Origin: Patescibacteria group bacterium
GTDB taxonomy: Bacteria; Patescibacteriota; Patescibacteriia; UBA9570
Length of the DNA: 64,000 nt
Assembly: GCA_041660305.1 (NCBI GenBank)
Contig: JBAZWO010000001.1
Span: 418,268-482,267, forward strand
Direction: 5' to 3'
Shown here: in pieces, positions 60,787 to 64,000 of the stretch
Layout of the letters: every line of letters starts with the position of its first letter
How positions within the stretch are numbered: the stretch's first letter is position 1
Translations under genes and position numbers: made by a program
Notes under the pieces: model-generated
What the model saw: only the letters and a program-made list of their open reading frames with translations
Told to the model about the DNA's origin: nothing
Databases searched by the model: none

Positions 60787-62322
60787 ATGGAATCAATAAT
60801 TAATTTTTCAATTGGTAGCACATATCTTCTGTTATTGGCTTTCGGGTTATTTATGCTTCTTATTACGTATTTATTTGCTAGGTGGAAAAAATATAGTTCA
60901 GTAGAGGGATTTCTTGTTGGCAGGCGAGAAGTGAATTGGTTGCTTGGCGGATCAAGTATTGCGGCATCTTGGATATGGGCACCGGCTCTTTTTGTTTCAA
61001 CATTATTTGCGTACCAAAGTGGATTGGTAGGGCTATTCTGGTTTGTTGTTCCAAACATTATCGCCCTCGCAGTTTTTGCAATTCTTGCACCAACCATCAG
61101 GAAGAAAATGCCTTATGGTTACACATTGCCACAATGGATAAGGCATAAACTAAAAGATGAAAAGGTTCACAAGATATATCTCTTTCCTTTTTTCTTCTAT
61201 CAATTAATGTCTGTTGCTGTACAACTATACGCCGGAGGAAACGTTCTTGCATTAATGTTGGGCATTCCAGTTTACCAAGCAGTAACTATTTTAACTATTG
61301 CTGTTCTAGCCGCAATTCCCTTGGTTTATTCTCTTGTATCAGGCTTAGAATCTTCAATCATAACTGATTTTGTTCAATTGCTAATAATTTTAGTTTCGCT
61401 AGTAATCTTAATCCCCTGGGTCATCGTTATAGTGGAACCTGCAACAATTTTAGCTGGTCTCGGCGGAATAGCTAACACTACTTTAAATATCTTTGACCCA
61501 AAGTTAGCATTTTCTCTAGGGCTAGTAACAGCTATCGGTTTAATTTCCGGGGCAGTTTCTGATCAGCAATATTGGCAAAGAGGATTCGCTATCAAAGAAG
61601 GTCATCTTAGAAAAGCCTTTATTTTTGGCGCACTTTCCTTTGGACTAGTTCCAATCGCTTTAGGCTTGCTTGGATTCATCGGGGCGGCTCCTAGCATGTC
61701 TTATGTCTTGCCAGCAGGGGTAGACGCATCTATGGTTGGAGTATTAGTTGTTGCGAAACTACTTCCTCTTTGGGGGTCAATATTATTTATTGTTATGCTT
61801 TTGTGTGCGTTAAGCTCAACTATTGATTCTGGATTAAATGCAGTGGCCAGTTTATATGCGGTAGACGTGATGAAATATACTAAAGAAGAACAAAATTTAA
61901 TGTTAAAATTTGAAAAAAAAGAGAGTTTATCAGATAAAGAAAAACTTCAGAAGTTTATGTTAGACGCCAGGAGATTATCTGGCTCACGAACAGCCATGGT
62001 AGTCTTAACAGTCGCTGGATTTCTTGTCGCCATGGGCGTTATTTTTATTCCTCATTTTGGACTTTTTCAGCTCTGGTGGGTCTTTAATACCGTTGCCGCT
62101 TGCGTAGTAATGCCGACCATTCTTAGCTTGTATTGGGACAGGTTGAATCCCAAAGGAGTCTTCTGGGGTGTTTTGGTGGCGTTTTTCATCGGACTTCCGC
62201 TATTCATTTACAGTAACATAATCAATAACAATGTTATGATCGTACTTACTTCGTTAGGCATTATAGCGGTAACTACTATTTTTTGTTTAATGATGCCGAC
62301 AAAAAAAGCACAGCAAGCCTAA
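60787..62322 (+). CDS. sodium:solute symporter family transporter
   Basis: 511 aa with about 13 TM helices. The N-terminal FLVGRREVNWLLGGSSIAASWIWAPALF is typical of the SSF family. Confidence 0.75.
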   Translation: MESIINFSIGSTYLLLLAFGLFMLLITYLFARWKKYSSVEGFLVGRREVNWLLGGSSIAASWIWAPALFVSTLFAYQSGLVGLFWFVVPNIIALAVFAILAPTIRKKMPYGYTLPQWIRHKLKDEKVHKIYLFPFFFYQLMSVAVQLYAGGNVLALMLGIPVYQAVTILTIAVLAAIPLVYSLVSGLESSIITDFVQLLIILVSLVILIPWVIVIVEPATILAGLGGIANTTLNIFDPKLAFSLGLVTAIGLISGAVSDQQYWQRGFAIKEGHLRKAFIFGALSFGLVPIALGLLGFIGAAPSMSYVLPAGVDASMVGVLVVAKLLPLWGSILFIVMLLCALSSTIDSGLNAVASLYAVDVMKYTKEEQNLMLKFEKKESLSDKEKLQKFMLDARRLSGSRTAMVVLTVAGFLVAMGVIFIPHFGLFQLWWVFNTVAACVVMPTILSLYWDRLNPKGVFWGVLVAFFIGLPLFIYSNIINNNVMIVLTSLGIIAVTTIFCLMMPTKKAQQA

Positions 62323-62375
62323 TAATCCAACCACATACTTAATTACGGTTAATCAAATCTACGATGCGGTAAAAC

Positions 62376-63566
62376 TTGCTCTCGCCTAAAAATTCGGCTA
62401 CAGTAAATAGCAATATGACAAAACCAACTTCTTCATCGGAAAAAATAGAACCAGAAAATAAATGTACTTGGCTAACTAAACTAAAACAAGATCGTAAATT
62501 ATTAATCTTAACCATCATTTGTGCCGGATTAGGAATTATTGCGTTAATTGTTGGCGTTATTACAGTAATTAATATTTTAACACAGCCTGCTAATAACGTA
62601 ACCGCTACTATTAATGTGCCACAAAATGTTAATATAGTGCCGCCAGCGCCAACAGTGTTACCACGTGCGTTAGACGGCCTGCTGGTAGCCGCGGCTGATG
62701 CCAATAAAGTACCGGCGTGTGTAATGATTGAAAACGCGGCTTTTGATGGTGTGCGGCCACAAGCCGGTTTATCATCTGCCCAAGTAGTATACGAAATAAT
62801 TGTAGAAGGTGGTATTACCAGGCTAATGGCCGTATTTGGTGGTGAACAAGCTGATACAGTTGGCCCTGTACGTAGCGCTCGTGATACATATTTACAATTT
62901 GCTTCAGAATATAACTGCGCTTACACACATGCTGGTGGCAGCCCTACCGCTATGCAAGCCCTAGAAGATTTTAGTATGCGTGATTTAGATGGCTTGCGCG
63001 AAAGCCAATGGTTTTGGCGCGACTCTAAAAAATATTCGCCGCATAATTTATTTACTAGTACTGCTAAGTTATATGAAGCGATTAGCGCCGGCCATAGCTG
63101 GATAGAAACACCAACATATATTCCCTGGACATTTGCAGATAATGAAGTTATTACTGCCACAGCTACTACTGCTGAAACAGCTAATGAAATAAACGTGTAT
63201 TTTACCGGATCTTACGACGTGAAATATACTTATAATGCCACTGAAAAATATTACGAGCGTGTTAACGGCGGTAAACCACATACCGACGCTAACACTAATA
63301 AAATATTAACTGCCAGAAATATTATTATTGAAACTGTTCCAGCTGGAGAATCTATTGAAGGTAAGGGACGAATTAATTTTGATGTAGTCGGCGCAGGTGA
63401 TGTATATATCTTTCGCTTAGGTAAATTAACCAAAGGTACCTGGAAAAAAGCTGACCGTTTAGCTCGCACACAATTTTTCACGGAAGACGGTAAAGAAATT
63501 CCATTAGTACGCGGTAATACTTGGGTAGAACTAGTGCCAACTACACACAAGTTTGATTGGAAATAA
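62376..63566 (+). CDS. DUF3048 (YerB-like) secreted or membrane-anchored protein
   Basis: A TM anchor is followed by VPACVMIENAAFDGVRPQAGLSSAQVVYEIIVEGGITRLMAVF, the DUF3048 signature. The start may be the ATG at 62415. Confidence 0.75.
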   Translation: MLSPKNSATVNSNMTKPTSSSEKIEPENKCTWLTKLKQDRKLLILTIICAGLGIIALIVGVITVINILTQPANNVTATINVPQNVNIVPPAPTVLPRALDGLLVAAADANKVPACVMIENAAFDGVRPQAGLSSAQVVYEIIVEGGITRLMAVFGGEQADTVGPVRSARDTYLQFASEYNCAYTHAGGSPTAMQALEDFSMRDLDGLRESQWFWRDSKKYSPHNLFTSTAKLYEAISAGHSWIETPTYIPWTFADNEVITATATTAETANEINVYFTGSYDVKYTYNATEKYYERVNGGKPHTDANTNKILTARNIIIETVPAGESIEGKGRINFDVVGAGDVYIFRLGKLTKGTWKKADRLARTQFFTEDGKEIPLVRGNTWVELVPTTHKFDWK

Positions 63567-63628
63567 TTCACTTTGATTTCACTTGACCAAATTTACGTAA
63601 TTACCTAAAATACCTACTAGTATTCACT

Positions 63629-64000
63629 ATGATTAATGTTAATAGTCTCACTAAAAAATTTGGCAACACTACGGTACTAGATCACCTGTCTTTTCAAGTA
63701 AAGCAAGGTGAGATTTTAGGTTTCTTAGGGCCAAATGGCGCGGGCAAAACCACTACCATGCGCATTTTAACGGGCATATTAGCCCCTAGCTCCGGCACTG
63801 TTTCCATTAATCAGCATGATATTTTAGATCAATCACTTGTTATTCGTAAGCAAATTGGTTATTTACCAGAAAACAACCCGTTATACGAAACTATGCGTGT
63901 ATACGAATATTTGGAATTTGTTGCCAAAAGCAAACAATTACCTGATATCACCGCTACCGTAAAACAAGTAGTACACGATTGCCATTTATTCGAAAAAATT
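63629..64000 (+). CDS. ABC-2-type transporter ATP-binding protein (N-terminal part; continues beyond the window)
   Basis: My translation from the ATG at 63629 gives MINVNSLTKKFGNTTVLDHLSFQVKQGEILGFLGPNGAGKTTTMRIL... (Walker A). It runs off the window end. Confidence 0.85.
   Translation, partial: MINVNSLTKKFGNTTVLDHLSFQVKQGEILGFLGPNGAGKTTTMRILTGILAPSSGTVSINQHDILDQSLVIRKQIGYLPENNPLYETMRVYEYLEFVAKSKQLPDITATVKQVVHDCHLFEKI

Overview
This is an AT-rich, tightly packed bacterial window that looks like a small-genome Patescibacteria/CPR-type organism. The signs are a divergent but intact 16S, many large secreted or multi-pass proteins, minimal metabolism and standard genetic code; this placement is inference only. 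I can support about 55 protein genes, one 16S rRNA and 13 tRNAs. Housekeeping genes include purA (partial), folD, rpsA, ftsH, rplS, alr, queA, ruvB, trmD, a KH-domain protein, LOG, RluA-type pseudouridine synthase, U32 peptidase and NIF3. There is also a MacAB-like ABC efflux set, an OmpR/HisKA two-component pair, an ECF sigma with a putative anti-sigma, and a small surface-glycan cluster (flippase, GT4, two Wzy/O-antigen-ligase-like proteins). Two toxin-antitoxin modules are present: AbiEi/AbiEii beside tRNA-Ala, and VapBC inserted between the KH gene and trmD. Four things deserve most attention. (1) A six-gene Hyf/Hyc-type (group-4 hydrogenase / complex-I-like) membrane complex at 9623-16794 has its NiFe cysteines and three of four proximal Fe-S cysteines substituted. 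It has no ferredoxin-like subunit, yet its antiporter-like subunits look intact. (2) A roughly 0.4 kb GC-rich, hairpin-dense unit lies downstream of a tRNA-Leu pair (6139-6511). It contains mutually exclusive perfect stems and two SD-led micro-ORFs, one a 15-aa poly-Arg/Lys peptide built on a GCGGAA hexamer repeat. (3) A family of roughly 40-nt twin-hairpin elements (CCTACG ... CTYCGG ...) always abuts tRNA ends, occurs in both orientations and shows compensatory stem changes. (4) The 16S is unlinked: it has its own promoter, processing stem and terminator, and is followed by tRNA-Ile(GAU)-tRNA-Phe rather than a 23S. There is also a tRNA-Ile with a UAU anticodon. I found no CRISPR array, transposase or integrase. 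All functional calls come from reading the supplied translations and the DNA by eye; no searches were run.
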